Part shown: piece by piece, positions 50,728 to 60,730 of the stretch
Position numbering within the stretch: position 1 is the first letter of the stretch
How the letters are laid out: each line of letters begins with the position of its first letter
DNA from: Candidatus Nomurabacteria bacterium RIFOXYB1_FULL_39_16
GTDB lineage: Bacteria; Patescibacteriota; Minisyncoccia; Phycocordibacterales; UBA9973
Assembly (NCBI GenBank): GCA_001787205.1
Contig: MFWB01000008.1
Span: 101,644-165,643, forward strand
Length of the DNA stretch: 64,000 nucleotides
Direction of reading: 5' to 3'
Notes under the pieces: generated by a model
Seen by the model: the letters and a program-made list of their open reading frames with translations, nothing else
What the model was told of the DNA's origin: nothing
Databases searched by the model: none
Made by a program: the position numbers and the translations under genes

Positions 50728-50997
50728 TTAATTAAAGTTTCTAATATAATTAGGATCATCTTTTTTACGTTGTATTTCCAAATGTAACCATAGTGCAGTA
50801 GAAAAATAATAAAGACGTGGATTTTTTATAACACGCTTAGCTTCAAGTGGTGTTATATGCATGATCACATTATCAACACGATAATAATATTTTCCTTCGT
50901 CTCTGATAACCTCAGCTTTATATCTAAAAAGGTCTCGACTATGAATCCTAGAAAGATTACCTTCAATTAACCTAATGTTTAAGTTAACTATATGCAT
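50728..50997 (-). CDS. Small hypothetical protein (89 aa), first gene of a two-gene cassette
   Basis: ORF only. Possible toxin-antitoxin-like pair, by size and arrangement alone. Confidence 0.35.
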   Translation of the reverse strand: MHIVNLNIRLIEGNLSRIHSRDLFRYKAEVIRDEGKYYYRVDNVIMHITPLEAKRVIKNPRLYYFSTALWLHLEIQRKKDDPNYIRNFN

Positions 50998-51244
50998 AAA
51001 AAAAATTCCTACATTAACTTAATAATGAAGGAAAGATTTCTTGTGTGGACTAAACACAAAACTCATCTTTCCTGACACTTGCGTGTCTGGTTGGATTTAG
51101 CACCTTACAATTGCAGGTTGCTGTGGGGTCATCGAGCCAATTCTCTACCACCACTCTTGATACAAACTATTCAATTGTACATACATTATAGCACTATTTT
51201 ATAAATTTTGCTAAATTTCCTAACACTTTATCTCCGCCCTCACA

Positions 51245-52597
51245 TTATTTTTTTATTCTTACTGTAACTAAATATTTAATAGGATCTATTGTTACACCTG
51301 GTATCTTGTTTGCGAATGGATTTGGCATTTTATATATAAATGGTGTTTCAGATAGATAATCAAAGACAATATATAAATGATAATTTTTGTCCTTCCTAGC
51401 AATTGTTATTTCATTTTCAGAGATAAAAAATCTAAAGGTAATAGCTGGAATATTTCTAACAGCTTTAACTTCTATGTGTTTTTCTGACCCATCAAAATCA
51501 AAAGATAATACATCATAGCCCAAAGTGTCATCCTTGAGAGAAACTTGTTCAACTTTATTTACCATCTTAGAATAATTTTTATTTAACTCTCCAATTTCAT
51601 GTTTTATAACAATTTTTTCAGCAAAATCTCCAGCTGTTCTGTTATTGCTATCTCGGAGTTCAAAATCAATTTTTTGTAGCCTAGGGGATATTTTTCTTCT
51701 TGTTTTTACACCTAGATCAGCATCTTCATCAATTTCCATTTCAATTATCTGAGGTTTTATATTTGAGATATCGGGAAGTTTTAACCCTCCAGTTATAGTA
51801 TTAACTATTTCTTCTTGTTCTTCTGTCGTTTTTTTCTCTAAGCTTTCGATAACCCTTAGATAGTTAGGGTTAATGGTATAAATCTGCCACCCATTGTTTG
51901 TATTTAAATAATTAAAATATCCACTATCACTAAAATCTCGTAGAGAAAAACTCTCTAAAATAATCTCAATGTCTTTTTTCGATAAATTAGATGTAATTTT
52001 TTCACCTTCCTTTTTAATATAAGAAGAAATTAGAAGCATGTCAAAAAATCTCTTAACGTTATCTGAGAAATCATCAATACTTAACTCTTTACTTTTTTTA
52101 TCTAAAATATCTGCATAAGTAGTTTTGTTTTTAGAATTTCTGTATTCATGTATTAAATCTACAACAAAAGAGATTTCATTTTTATCATTTATCCAGCACA
52201 CAAATAACTTATATTCATCAAAAGATATATATTCTAAAGAGTGCAAAAGAGTTAACAACACCTCCATCGGAGCAATTTTAATTGATAAATTATCGTTTAA
52301 TTTTGGACAATCCAAATATACTTTCATTATCTGCTCATCTAAAATCTTTTGTTTATAAAGAGAATTTAAAAAAGTTTCTCCAGCGTTTGAAATTTGTAAA
52401 TTGTCCCCACCAAGATTAACTATCAATCCAAGATATCTCAAAGTAATACTATTACGCGTCGTAAGTTCGTGAAAATCATTAGTCAAATCATTATAGATTT
52501 TATTTACGGCATCAATTGTATATTCTTTCTGTTTAGCTTTCTTCCAGAAATTCTTAGTTCCTTTGTTATTTAAATATTTTTTATATTCTTCAATCAT
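51245..52597 (-). CDS. Putative restriction endonuclease with a C-terminal DUF3883-like PD-(D/E)xK domain (450 aa)
   Basis: C-terminal block DFAEKIVIKHEIGE ... LGYDVLSFDFDGSEKHIEVKAV ... FFISENEITIARKDKNYHLYIVFDY matches the DUF3883 pattern (D ... E-V-K). The start overlaps the C5-MTase stop by 4 nt. Confidence 0.6.
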   Translation of the reverse strand: MIEEYKKYLNNKGTKNFWKKAKQKEYTIDAVNKIYNDLTNDFHELTTRNSITLRYLGLIVNLGGDNLQISNAGETFLNSLYKQKILDEQIMKVYLDCPKLNDNLSIKIAPMEVLLTLLHSLEYISFDEYKLFVCWINDKNEISFVVDLIHEYRNSKNKTTYADILDKKSKELSIDDFSDNVKRFFDMLLISSYIKKEGEKITSNLSKKDIEIILESFSLRDFSDSGYFNYLNTNNGWQIYTINPNYLRVIESLEKKTTEEQEEIVNTITGGLKLPDISNIKPQIIEMEIDEDADLGVKTRRKISPRLQKIDFELRDSNNRTAGDFAEKIVIKHEIGELNKNYSKMVNKVEQVSLKDDTLGYDVLSFDFDGSEKHIEVKAVRNIPAITFRFFISENEITIARKDKNYHLYIVFDYLSETPFIYKMPNPFANKIPGVTIDPIKYLVTVRIKK

Positions 52598-53706
52598 AGT
52601 TTTAAAACTTTGCGAATCTTTAACGCAATAGATTGTGCTAATAATGGAGGTACTGAATTTCCAATTTGTATACCAACTGAACCCCTACTACCGTAAAAAA
52701 TAAAATCATCATTAAAAGATTGTATCCGAGCTGCTTCACGAGGTGTTAGCGCTCGATGTTGTAGTGGATGAGTTACGCGACCCACAGAAGGAGTATCGAA
52801 CCTTGTGGTTATTGTATATGCAGGTTTATTCCTATTAATTCTTCCAAATGCTCCACTATGTATAGACTTTGTTTGTAGCGCTAATGGTAAACTTGATCTT
52901 CCTTCACCTTCTTTAATGCTTTTAAGTATCTTAATTATTCTAGGATCATGTTTAGTGGCTTGGTGGTTATATAGCTTTTTACTTTTTCCTCGTCTTTCTT
53001 TTTGATATTGAGTAAGATTTTTATTAAAAGCATACTCAGATTCAAACTGTCCTAAGCCTGCTGATACCTTTGGTAAATCTAAAATCGTTTCTGCAACAGT
53101 TACGTATGGTCTTTGTTTTTGAGGACCATGTGTCTTGTCTGGAAAAAAATCTTCGGGGTCTATCCCTATCCTATTACCTATAAATACTGCTCTTCTTCTT
53201 AATTGAGGAACACCATAATCTGCAGCAAGTAAAACATGGACCTTGGTTTCATATCCAATTTCTTTAAACTTTTTTATTATTTCATTTTTTACAGTTCCTC
53301 CGTGGATATTTAGCATCGCTGCTACATTTTCCATAACAAATATTTTAGGCTTGACGTCTTTTACTACCCGAATAAATTCCTTAAAAAGTTCATTACGTGG
53401 ATCATTTAAAAACGCACCATCATTACGTATTCTGCGACCTGCCATACTAAAACCCTGGCAAGGTGGCCCCCCAACAACAACACAAATATCTTTTTCTCCA
53501 TTCAATAATTCTTTCGAATCTACTTTGGTTATGTCTTCAACGATCATTTTTGTTCCAGGATGATTTTTTATGTAAGTATTAGCAATTTCTGCATTATATT
53601 CATTCGCAGACACTACATCAAAACCAGCTTTCTTAAAACCCACAGAAATACCACCCACTCCTGCGAACAGATCTATTATTTTTAGTTTACTTTTCTTGCC
53701 AGCCAT
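52594..53706 (-). CDS. DNA (cytosine-5)-methyltransferase
   Basis: Motif I DLFAGVGG, motif IV GGPPCQGFS, ENV, QLRRRAVFIG and C-terminal GNSVPP. Confidence 0.92.
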   Translation of the reverse strand: MAGKKSKLKIIDLFAGVGGISVGFKKAGFDVVSANEYNAEIANTYIKNHPGTKMIVEDITKVDSKELLNGEKDICVVVGGPPCQGFSMAGRRIRNDGAFLNDPRNELFKEFIRVVKDVKPKIFVMENVAAMLNIHGGTVKNEIIKKFKEIGYETKVHVLLAADYGVPQLRRRAVFIGNRIGIDPEDFFPDKTHGPQKQRPYVTVAETILDLPKVSAGLGQFESEYAFNKNLTQYQKERRGKSKKLYNHQATKHDPRIIKILKSIKEGEGRSSLPLALQTKSIHSGAFGRINRNKPAYTITTRFDTPSVGRVTHPLQHRALTPREAARIQSFNDDFIFYGSRGSVGIQIGNSVPPLLAQSIALKIRKVLKL

Positions 53707-55294
53707 ACTCTTGTGATTTATTTTTTTTATAATTAAAGTTGTTTTTTAATAAATTTTCTATATTTGTAACTTCACCTTCTTTATTAGAATACAAATTATT
53801 TTCAACAATAAAAGGTATCAGTTTCTCATACAAAGAATCAGAAGTCAGATAACCATTATTTTTTTCTATCCAAGATTGAACCTTTCTTGCAATATACTTC
53901 TCACCACCCTCGTTGTTTAATTTTTTTTCCTTTGCTTTTACTTTCGTGTTTTTTATAAAATTATAAACAAAATCACCCCTCAGTGTATTGTTTCTATTGA
54001 GTCCCTGTGTACCAGATGCAACAGCCTGTTCCTGATAAACAACGTTTACAAGATGAAAACCAGCACTAGTCACGGCATCCATTACAGCCTTCCAAATATT
54101 TAGATTTCTATTATGGAAAGTAAACGAGAGATATTTTTCATCTTTTAAAACTCTATATAATTCAGCATAGACTTTTTTCATTCTTGATGAATAATCTTCG
54201 TATTTTTTATTACGATATGGATCATAAATGATTTCACTTTCATAATTTACCTTATTCCTAAGCCACCCATTCCAAAACATACTTAACCCAAAATAAGCAA
54301 TGCTATCACCATAAGGTGGATCGGTAAATATATATGAAACGGATTCCGATTTAACGTTTTTTAGATTAGTAGCATCAATGTTAAAGATTTGAGCATCCTT
54401 TGAGTTAAATATTCCCGCTACTTCTTGTTTACCTTTTTTAATTTTATGGAATCGATGCTTAAAGCTATTAAAAATATTTTTTTCTGTATGAATTTTTGGA
54501 GCCCATAATTTACTAATAACCCACCCTGACTTGCCATTAACTGATTCGAGATTACCAGGTATCATTTTAGAAACGTTTGGCAACATAGAAGTAAAACATA
54601 AAAGTATTAGATTTTTAACTTTCTGGTCATTAATTTCATCTATATCTTTAATTATTGAACCGAGCACCACCAATGCACGATCTGTAAAAAATTCATTCAA
54701 CCTACTTTTTCCATTTCTCTTAACAAATTTTAAAATTTCATCTTTTGGATAGAAGATTTTATTTTCCTTATCTAATTTATGGAAAACCTCTGTTGCTTTT
54801 TTAAAAACTTTCTGGTCATACAAGTCTACATTCTTTATGAACTTACCACAGCTATGACATAATGCTCTAATTTTTGAAAATTCTTCGTGATCCCAAATCG
54901 AATTTTCAAAGGCTGTAATTCCTCCACACTTAGGACATTTAGTATTATATAATTCAATAAATTTTTTATGATTCTTTTCGTATATATAATCAAATACTTT
55001 TTCAAATTCTTCTAAGTTAACGTCATTTATCGTATTTTCAGTAATAAAACAAGCCATAGGATTTAAATCTATCCCTATCGCTTTACGATTATTTTTAATT
55101 GATTCAATTATCACGACCCCACTTCCCATAAATGGATCAAGAATCGTCTCTCCTGGCTTTGAAAAATTCAAAATATAGTCACTCACCACATTGTGTGGTT
55201 TTCTCCCCCAGTATTTATGCATCATGTAGTGAGTTGGGTGAGTTTTTGCGGTAATGTTTTTATTTATTTTATTCATACGAATTAAACGTAACAA
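53687..55294 (-). CDS. DNA amino-methyltransferase (N6-adenine or N4-cytosine; DPPY family) with an internal Cys4 zinc ribbon
   Basis: N-terminal SAM-binding block HPT ... ILDPFMGSGVVIIESIKNNRKAIGIDLNP. Catalytic TDPPYGD at about residue 325. CPKCGG ... CHSCGK in between. Overlaps the C5-MTase start by 20 nt. Confidence 0.85.
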   Translation of the reverse strand: MLRLIRMNKINKNITAKTHPTHYMMHKYWGRKPHNVVSDYILNFSKPGETILDPFMGSGVVIIESIKNNRKAIGIDLNPMACFITENTINDVNLEEFEKVFDYIYEKNHKKFIELYNTKCPKCGGITAFENSIWDHEEFSKIRALCHSCGKFIKNVDLYDQKVFKKATEVFHKLDKENKIFYPKDEILKFVKRNGKSRLNEFFTDRALVVLGSIIKDIDEINDQKVKNLILLCFTSMLPNVSKMIPGNLESVNGKSGWVISKLWAPKIHTEKNIFNSFKHRFHKIKKGKQEVAGIFNSKDAQIFNIDATNLKNVKSESVSYIFTDPPYGDSIAYFGLSMFWNGWLRNKVNYESEIIYDPYRNKKYEDYSSRMKKVYAELYRVLKDEKYLSFTFHNRNLNIWKAVMDAVTSAGFHLVNVVYQEQAVASGTQGLNRNNTLRGDFVYNFIKNTKVKAKEKKLNNEGGEKYIARKVQSWIEKNNGYLTSDSLYEKLIPFIVENNLYSNKEGEVTNIENLLKNNFNYKKNKSQEYGWQEK

Positions 55295-55337
55295 TATTTG
55301 TTATCACACAATAGATAAAAAATTGATTCAATATCAA

Positions 55338-57812
55338 TTACCGCTCTTGTTCATGATAACTTAAAATATCCTTATCTGAGTATAACATATTTAAGTACAA
55401 TTCTGGAGCATTTTCTGTATAAAGAATGAGTTTTCCTGAATAATAAAGCTCCTTAAACTTTTTCACCCTTCCCCTAACTTCAGTTATATATTCTGGCCTA
55501 ATTTTTATACCGTTTTTGTCTTTTTCGAGATATTTATTATAATGAACGATTCCATAAAATCTTGGGTCAATATGATTCTTTGTTTCAAGAAGTTTTTGGA
55601 CCTGATGTCTTTCTTCGTCTTCTCTAAATCGTAATATTCTTTCTACAACTTCCTTTGATTCAGTGTGCTCTTTTGTGATTGCTAAAAAAGTATTAAATTC
55701 AAATTTGCTAATAAATGAGTCCGAACCATAATCATCTAGTAATTGTATTAAAACATCATATATAAATAAAAATGGATATACTTTAAAATCTTTAAAAGAA
55801 ACACGTTTTGTTGATTCAATATATTTATTATAAGAACCATAAATTGGATTCCAATACAATATTTTTTCAAGTTGTAACGTAAGAATGTCTTGATAAATAT
55901 CCACATCTGAGAAATCTTTTGTCTTTTTACAAATTTCTTCAAATGAAATTGTCGGCTTGAGTGGAGATTCAGCTGATATAAAACCACTGATCTTGCTTAA
56001 CATTAAAGCACGAAAACCTGCTGTCATATTTTTACCAGGATATTTATTATTAACAATCTTTTGTATTTTTTCTATAAATTCTTTTTCACCTATATTTGGA
56101 TTATCTTTAATAATTTTAATACCCTCAAAATTAACTTGAAAATACTGATTCTGTTGCCCACGTTTCCAATATAAATTATCTTTTGTCCACTTATCTAAGT
56201 ATGTTGAATACTCTCTCCATTCTTTTGCAATTACATCATTTCTTATATCTTTCGAATATACAACTTCATTGCTTTTAAATATCTCAACAACTTCAGAATC
56301 AAAAATGACTTCACAACCATTTAAATCATAGACAAAAAGATCTTTCCCATCTTTGTGAATCTTTTTAAGTCCTCTAACCCCATTTTTTATATCAAGTCCT
56401 TCAAGAATTAAATTTGCAGTACGATAATTCCCTATGAAATCAAGAATCAAAACATTTTCTTTTTTAGGAGCAACACGTAAACCACGACCCATATGTTGAA
56501 TAAATATTGTTTTTGATTCTGTGGGCCTTAAAAATAATAAACAAGAAACATCGGGAATGTCGACACCTTCGTTGAACATATCTACAACAAAAGCCACCTG
56601 ACATTTGCCATCTCTAAAATGTTTTATTAATAAAGTTTTATCTTTATCTTCAACTCCTTCAAGCCCTAGGCTACGAGAATGTACGGCAATCGCATTAATA
56701 CCTGCAGCCTTAAATTTAGTAGCGCATCTTTCAGCATGTTCTATAGATGCACAAAAACCTATAGTTTTTCTATCACCAACAACTTCTTTGAATTTTTTTA
56801 AAATGGCTTGATCTCGTTCATCAATCAAAAGATGCTTATTAAGGTCCTTAGTATCATACTTAAATCCATTAAAATATATGTCGGAATAATCAATACTATC
56901 TTTAAATCCAAAATATTGGAAAGGTACTAAATAACCTTGCTCTATGGCCTGTTCCTGTCCCATCTCAAATACAACATTATTGTTATAAAATCCTAATATA
57001 TCTTTTCGATCCATTCGATCTGGTGTTGCTGTTAATCCTAGAAAAAATTTTGGTTTAAAATAGGAAAATATTAATCCATAAGTAGGTGCAGCAGTATGGT
57101 GTGTCTCGTCTATAATTATGTAATCAAAATAATCTGGAGAAAAACTTTCAATATGTTTCTTTTTACCCAATGTTTGTATAGACGCAAATAATATTTTTTT
57201 ATCTTTCTCTTTCTGTTTTCCATTATAAAAACCAAGGTCATTTTTTCTATCAGGAAACACTCGCTCGAATGATTCTTTGGTTTGCTTAAGAATTTCATTG
57301 ATATGGACAACAAAAAGTATCTTTGAGGCTTTAGTATCTTTTGCATCTAAAGCAGACAATATCGTTTTACCTAAACCTGTTGCAAGTATTGCGACAGCTC
57401 TATCTGATCCGTTTTCCCTTGTTTTATTAAGATTAACAAGTGCCTTTTCTTGAGCTTCGTGTGGTTTAATTTCTTTTCCTCTCTTTAAATAAAGATTAAA
57501 AAGCTCTTCGTCTGCTATAAATTGTCTTCGTAAAAAGTATTTTACTTTTTCTTTATCTTTTGCAATTAAGTCACTACCAATAGTTATTGTTTTAAGTAAT
57601 AATTGATTTGTGCTTATTAATTGACCAGTCCCTTCTTTACTTTCGTTGAAATTTATTAAATAACTGGCATAATCTGTTTTTATCTCTAACAATGCAACAT
57701 CACCGTCGGTGATGTTTGTAATGTGTTTTTTAAAATTTGTACTTAAATCGTCAAAAAGAATCTTGAGGAGATTTTTTAAATTTATATTTTTAATATCAAA
57801 AAGTGAATTCAT
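55338..57812 (-). CDS. SF2 DEAH-box helicase or translocase with a possible N-terminal PD-(D/E)xK-like module and a 330-aa C-terminal domain of unknown function
   Basis: Motif I ATGLGKT, II IIIDETHH, III GLTATP, V VDMFNEGVDIP, VI QHMGRGLR. N-terminal DGDVALLEIKT is a nuclease-like motif at low confidence. Confidence 0.85.
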   Translation of the reverse strand: MNSLFDIKNINLKNLLKILFDDLSTNFKKHITNITDGDVALLEIKTDYASYLINFNESKEGTGQLISTNQLLLKTITIGSDLIAKDKEKVKYFLRRQFIADEELFNLYLKRGKEIKPHEAQEKALVNLNKTRENGSDRAVAILATGLGKTILSALDAKDTKASKILFVVHINEILKQTKESFERVFPDRKNDLGFYNGKQKEKDKKILFASIQTLGKKKHIESFSPDYFDYIIIDETHHTAAPTYGLIFSYFKPKFFLGLTATPDRMDRKDILGFYNNNVVFEMGQEQAIEQGYLVPFQYFGFKDSIDYSDIYFNGFKYDTKDLNKHLLIDERDQAILKKFKEVVGDRKTIGFCASIEHAERCATKFKAAGINAIAVHSRSLGLEGVEDKDKTLLIKHFRDGKCQVAFVVDMFNEGVDIPDVSCLLFLRPTESKTIFIQHMGRGLRVAPKKENVLILDFIGNYRTANLILEGLDIKNGVRGLKKIHKDGKDLFVYDLNGCEVIFDSEVVEIFKSNEVVYSKDIRNDVIAKEWREYSTYLDKWTKDNLYWKRGQQNQYFQVNFEGIKIIKDNPNIGEKEFIEKIQKIVNNKYPGKNMTAGFRALMLSKISGFISAESPLKPTISFEEICKKTKDFSDVDIYQDILTLQLEKILYWNPIYGSYNKYIESTKRVSFKDFKVYPFLFIYDVLIQLLDDYGSDSFISKFEFNTFLAITKEHTESKEVVERILRFREDEERHQVQKLLETKNHIDPRFYGIVHYNKYLEKDKNGIKIRPEYITEVRGRVKKFKELYYSGKLILYTENAPELYLNMLYSDKDILSYHEQER

Positions 57813-57815
57813 GGA

Positions 57816-60002
57816 TTATTTATTATCCAGGGTCTCACTAGCAAAAATTGCAGTGTGCATATTTTTAGGAGTAAGAATTACTGGCCACCAGAATGGTGAA
57901 CCCATCCACCCTTGTTCTTCTTTGCCATTTACTCTAATTAACATTAATACTGGAATGTCATCTGCTATCCTTTTAGCAATAGTAAGAGCCACTTCTCCAG
58001 TACCAGATCCAGCATCATCTGTAAATCTGCCATCTGATTTACAACGAGATAAATTACTATCAGTTCTCACCACAACTCCAACTTTCCCGTTTTGTGAAAT
58101 ACTGGCCGAATTTTTTGATAAATGTTCTATACTTGCTTTGAAAGCCTTAACATCCCATTCATACCCATTTTGTTCAGAAATAAAAGTTTTTTTTATTTTA
58201 TCTAAAATAGAAAGGGATTGTTCAACTGAAATCAAAAAATAATCCGATGTTGATTCAGCTTGTAAGCCTAAAATTTCTTTATCTAAATCCTCTATATCTT
58301 TTTTTATGTTACTTTTATAACCTGTCTGGAAACCAATAGGTAAAAGTCTTTTGTGGGGTTTAAGAGTAGTTATGCTAGAAAGCATTATTTTATTAGGCGA
58401 ACAAGGTACCAGTTTATCACTCGTGTCTTTGCGTATAAAATAAATACCATTATTATGTGAACCATTTAGAAAAGCCTCCCTTAGTGCATTATCAAATTCA
58501 TGTATGCGTTTCATTACTTCATAAATACTACGAGTCGTATATAAACGAGTTACTGCTAAATCCTCTTTAGATCTAGCTCCATACATGCGACAGTGCTGTA
58601 AGACAGTGTCTTGCTGAAATTTTTTAGGATTTCTACCATAGTAAAAACCTATCATGTTTTTAATCGTAATCCCACGATCCAAAATTTGACCTCCTATAAA
58701 AATATTTAGTGGAGTTCTTAATCTAAGCTGTCCCTTACTATCCAAGAGCGCTTTTACATCTTTATCTGAATTAACTTTTTCTACTACAAGCATTCCTTTT
58801 GTTAAAACATCTGATACTTCATGCAATACAACAGAAAAAATTGGTAACTGCAATCCAGAAAGTTCCACGGAAGGTTTTAAATCATTGTATGCTTCCTCAA
58901 CTAGAACATTAAATAATGCTTGGTCCTCTTTTGCAATCCTAACTAGCTCTTCGTTAAGTTTATTTACAACTTCCTCTTGCCAATTATGAGAATTTCTAGA
59001 TTGTTCAGTGTGAATTAGAAAACTGTAATTTTCTTGCTTTTCTCCTTTATTTTCTTGTTGAATGCGACGGATACTACCACCAACAATAAAATTCATTATC
59101 GAATTTCTAATTGTTCTTGTAGATGGACTAGTAAAAACTTCTTCTATTTTAAATGACCTGCGATCTGCCCGCTTAAGAGTCTTTCTTACTTTCAAAATTT
59201 CCAACTCTTCAATTGGAACCTCTTTATAAACGTGAAACGCAGTCGTTCCTTCTTCCTCACTTTCAATAAAATAATAATCACCTCCTACATAATCTTTATG
59301 AATAGGGACCAACACAGTGAAAGCTGGTCGTTTCGGTAGAAAAAGCGATTCTGAGTCTTCACTATCATCTGATTGTAAATATAACGAATATGGAGTGGCT
59401 GTGACCTGTAATAAATCAGATCGTTTAACTGTGTTTCGTATATCGTCTATTTGTTGAGCAATTTTTCCTTGTTCAATTGAGCCACTTTCTTTTTCTTTAT
59501 GAAAGCTAATACTTGCAAAATCTGCTTCGTCGTCAATTATAAGAATCTTTTTATTTTTTAAATCGGGATAAGTAGTAGTAAGTGTGCTTAATACATGTCT
59601 AAGATTATTAGTTTCTTTCTTTGCAACAATAATCAACTTTTGACTTAACTCATATGGCACCATATTTTTGGGGAAAAGCATGATGTCATGTATTTGAACT
59701 TTACTATCCTCCTCAAATACTTGAAAATCTTCATGTAGTCGTTTTAGTGTCTGTTCAGTAAGTGGCTTAGTGCCTTTTGTAAGTATTATTGTAATATCGT
59801 AATCATTATCAAATGCCAAAGCCATTACACCTAAAAAAGCACGGGTTTTCCCACTCTGCACCTTCCCAAGCAAAATACCAGGCTTTTTCAAGTTTGTATC
59901 AGAATCAATCAGTTTAACAACAGTTTCTTCTATACAACTTTTTAAAGAGTCGTCATCTTTGCGGTTATTAGTTAGAGTATTATAAAAATATCCTTTTTCC
60001 AT
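57816..60002 (-). CDS. SF2-like P-loop ATPase (Z1-domain-like), 728 aa
   Basis: Walker A GKVQSGKT, DEAD-like IIDDEADFAS, TATP, and motif-VI-like QHCRMYGAR. The stop lies 4 nt before the helicase start. Confidence 0.7.
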   Translation of the reverse strand: MEKGYFYNTLTNNRKDDDSLKSCIEETVVKLIDSDTNLKKPGILLGKVQSGKTRAFLGVMALAFDNDYDITIILTKGTKPLTEQTLKRLHEDFQVFEEDSKVQIHDIMLFPKNMVPYELSQKLIIVAKKETNNLRHVLSTLTTTYPDLKNKKILIIDDEADFASISFHKEKESGSIEQGKIAQQIDDIRNTVKRSDLLQVTATPYSLYLQSDDSEDSESLFLPKRPAFTVLVPIHKDYVGGDYYFIESEEEGTTAFHVYKEVPIEELEILKVRKTLKRADRRSFKIEEVFTSPSTRTIRNSIMNFIVGGSIRRIQQENKGEKQENYSFLIHTEQSRNSHNWQEEVVNKLNEELVRIAKEDQALFNVLVEEAYNDLKPSVELSGLQLPIFSVVLHEVSDVLTKGMLVVEKVNSDKDVKALLDSKGQLRLRTPLNIFIGGQILDRGITIKNMIGFYYGRNPKKFQQDTVLQHCRMYGARSKEDLAVTRLYTTRSIYEVMKRIHEFDNALREAFLNGSHNNGIYFIRKDTSDKLVPCSPNKIMLSSITTLKPHKRLLPIGFQTGYKSNIKKDIEDLDKEILGLQAESTSDYFLISVEQSLSILDKIKKTFISEQNGYEWDVKAFKASIEHLSKNSASISQNGKVGVVVRTDSNLSRCKSDGRFTDDAGSGTGEVALTIAKRIADDIPVLMLIRVNGKEEQGWMGSPFWWPVILTPKNMHTAIFASETLDNK

Positions 60003-60206
60003 AATTTATATCATAATTAGTAAAACCTTATTATTCAAAAACTCTAAAAATCATAGCATTTTCAGCTTAATTTTGAAAGAGATTCTGGAATTGATTTTTT
60101 CAGCGTCTGCGGGGCGCAAACCGCAAGAACAAAAGCATTTGCACCCATAGGACAAACCACAAGGAAACGTATATCAAAACATATACATACTCACACAATA
60201 TAAAAA

Positions 60207-60384
60207 AGGATATTAGTTACTCTTCAAAATTCACACCCTCTCTCATCTTCTGCAAGATCAGCATTACTTCTGGGTTGTCTGGAATATCTATCTCACCGCA
60301 TTTAGGACACTTAGTCTCACAGCAAGGGCAATAGTTAAAACTACACTTCTTACAGTCCACAGGTTTTATTTCAATAGGAGGCAT
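60207..60384 (-). CDS. Small zinc-ribbon protein (about 55 aa; MPPIEIKPVDCKKCSFNYCPCCETKCPKCGEIDIP...). Coordinates approximate to within about 10 nt
   Basis: GGAGG 6 nt upstream of the ATG. Cysteine pattern CxxC ... CPCC ... CPKC. Sits directly upstream of the defence operon on the same strand. Confidence 0.35.
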
Positions 60385-60472
60385 ACGATTTATTATACTT
60401 ATTTTTTATAAACAGGGAAACAAAAAACGGTGAGCCCAGAGATTTGGACCCACCGCTTAATGTTTATATATT

Positions 60473-60709
60473 CTACCAAATTGAATTTTCCAGCTCCTTT
60501 ATCCAAATGGAGGCCTCATCCTCCGAGACATAAGGAATTTGGTTTATATTTACCTCTCTGCCTTCTCCGTCCTCCATATTTTCGCAAAGAAGACGATAGA
60601 TAGTTCTTTTCTGATAGCTTGTTGCCATCCCTGGCTCGTCACTATCCTCTAGAAAGAAGCTACTCCTTTGCCGAGGTGCTTCAAAGGCAGATATTGTGTT
60701 TGTAATCAT
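60473..60709 (-). CDS. Small acidic hypothetical protein (78 aa)
   Basis: ORF only. Confidence 0.3.
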   Translation of the reverse strand: MITNTISAFEAPRQRSSFFLEDSDEPGMATSYQKRTIYRLLCENMEDGEGREVNINQIPYVSEDEASIWIKELENSIW

Positions 60710-60730
60710 AATTTTAGATTAATTAATAAT

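Noticed and set aside
51060-51180. tRNA-like fragment (ggttgctgtggggtcatcgagcc) as an att-site remnant of tRNA-Ala
   Set aside because: There is no convincing similarity to the 3' half of the nearby tRNA-Ala and no full cloverleaf.
53719-53728. A/T8 homopolymer near the MTase gene junction as a phase-variation tract
   Set aside because: Runs of 8 A/T are common in this AT-rich genome. Slippage would affect only the last residues of the amino-MTase. This is not compelling.
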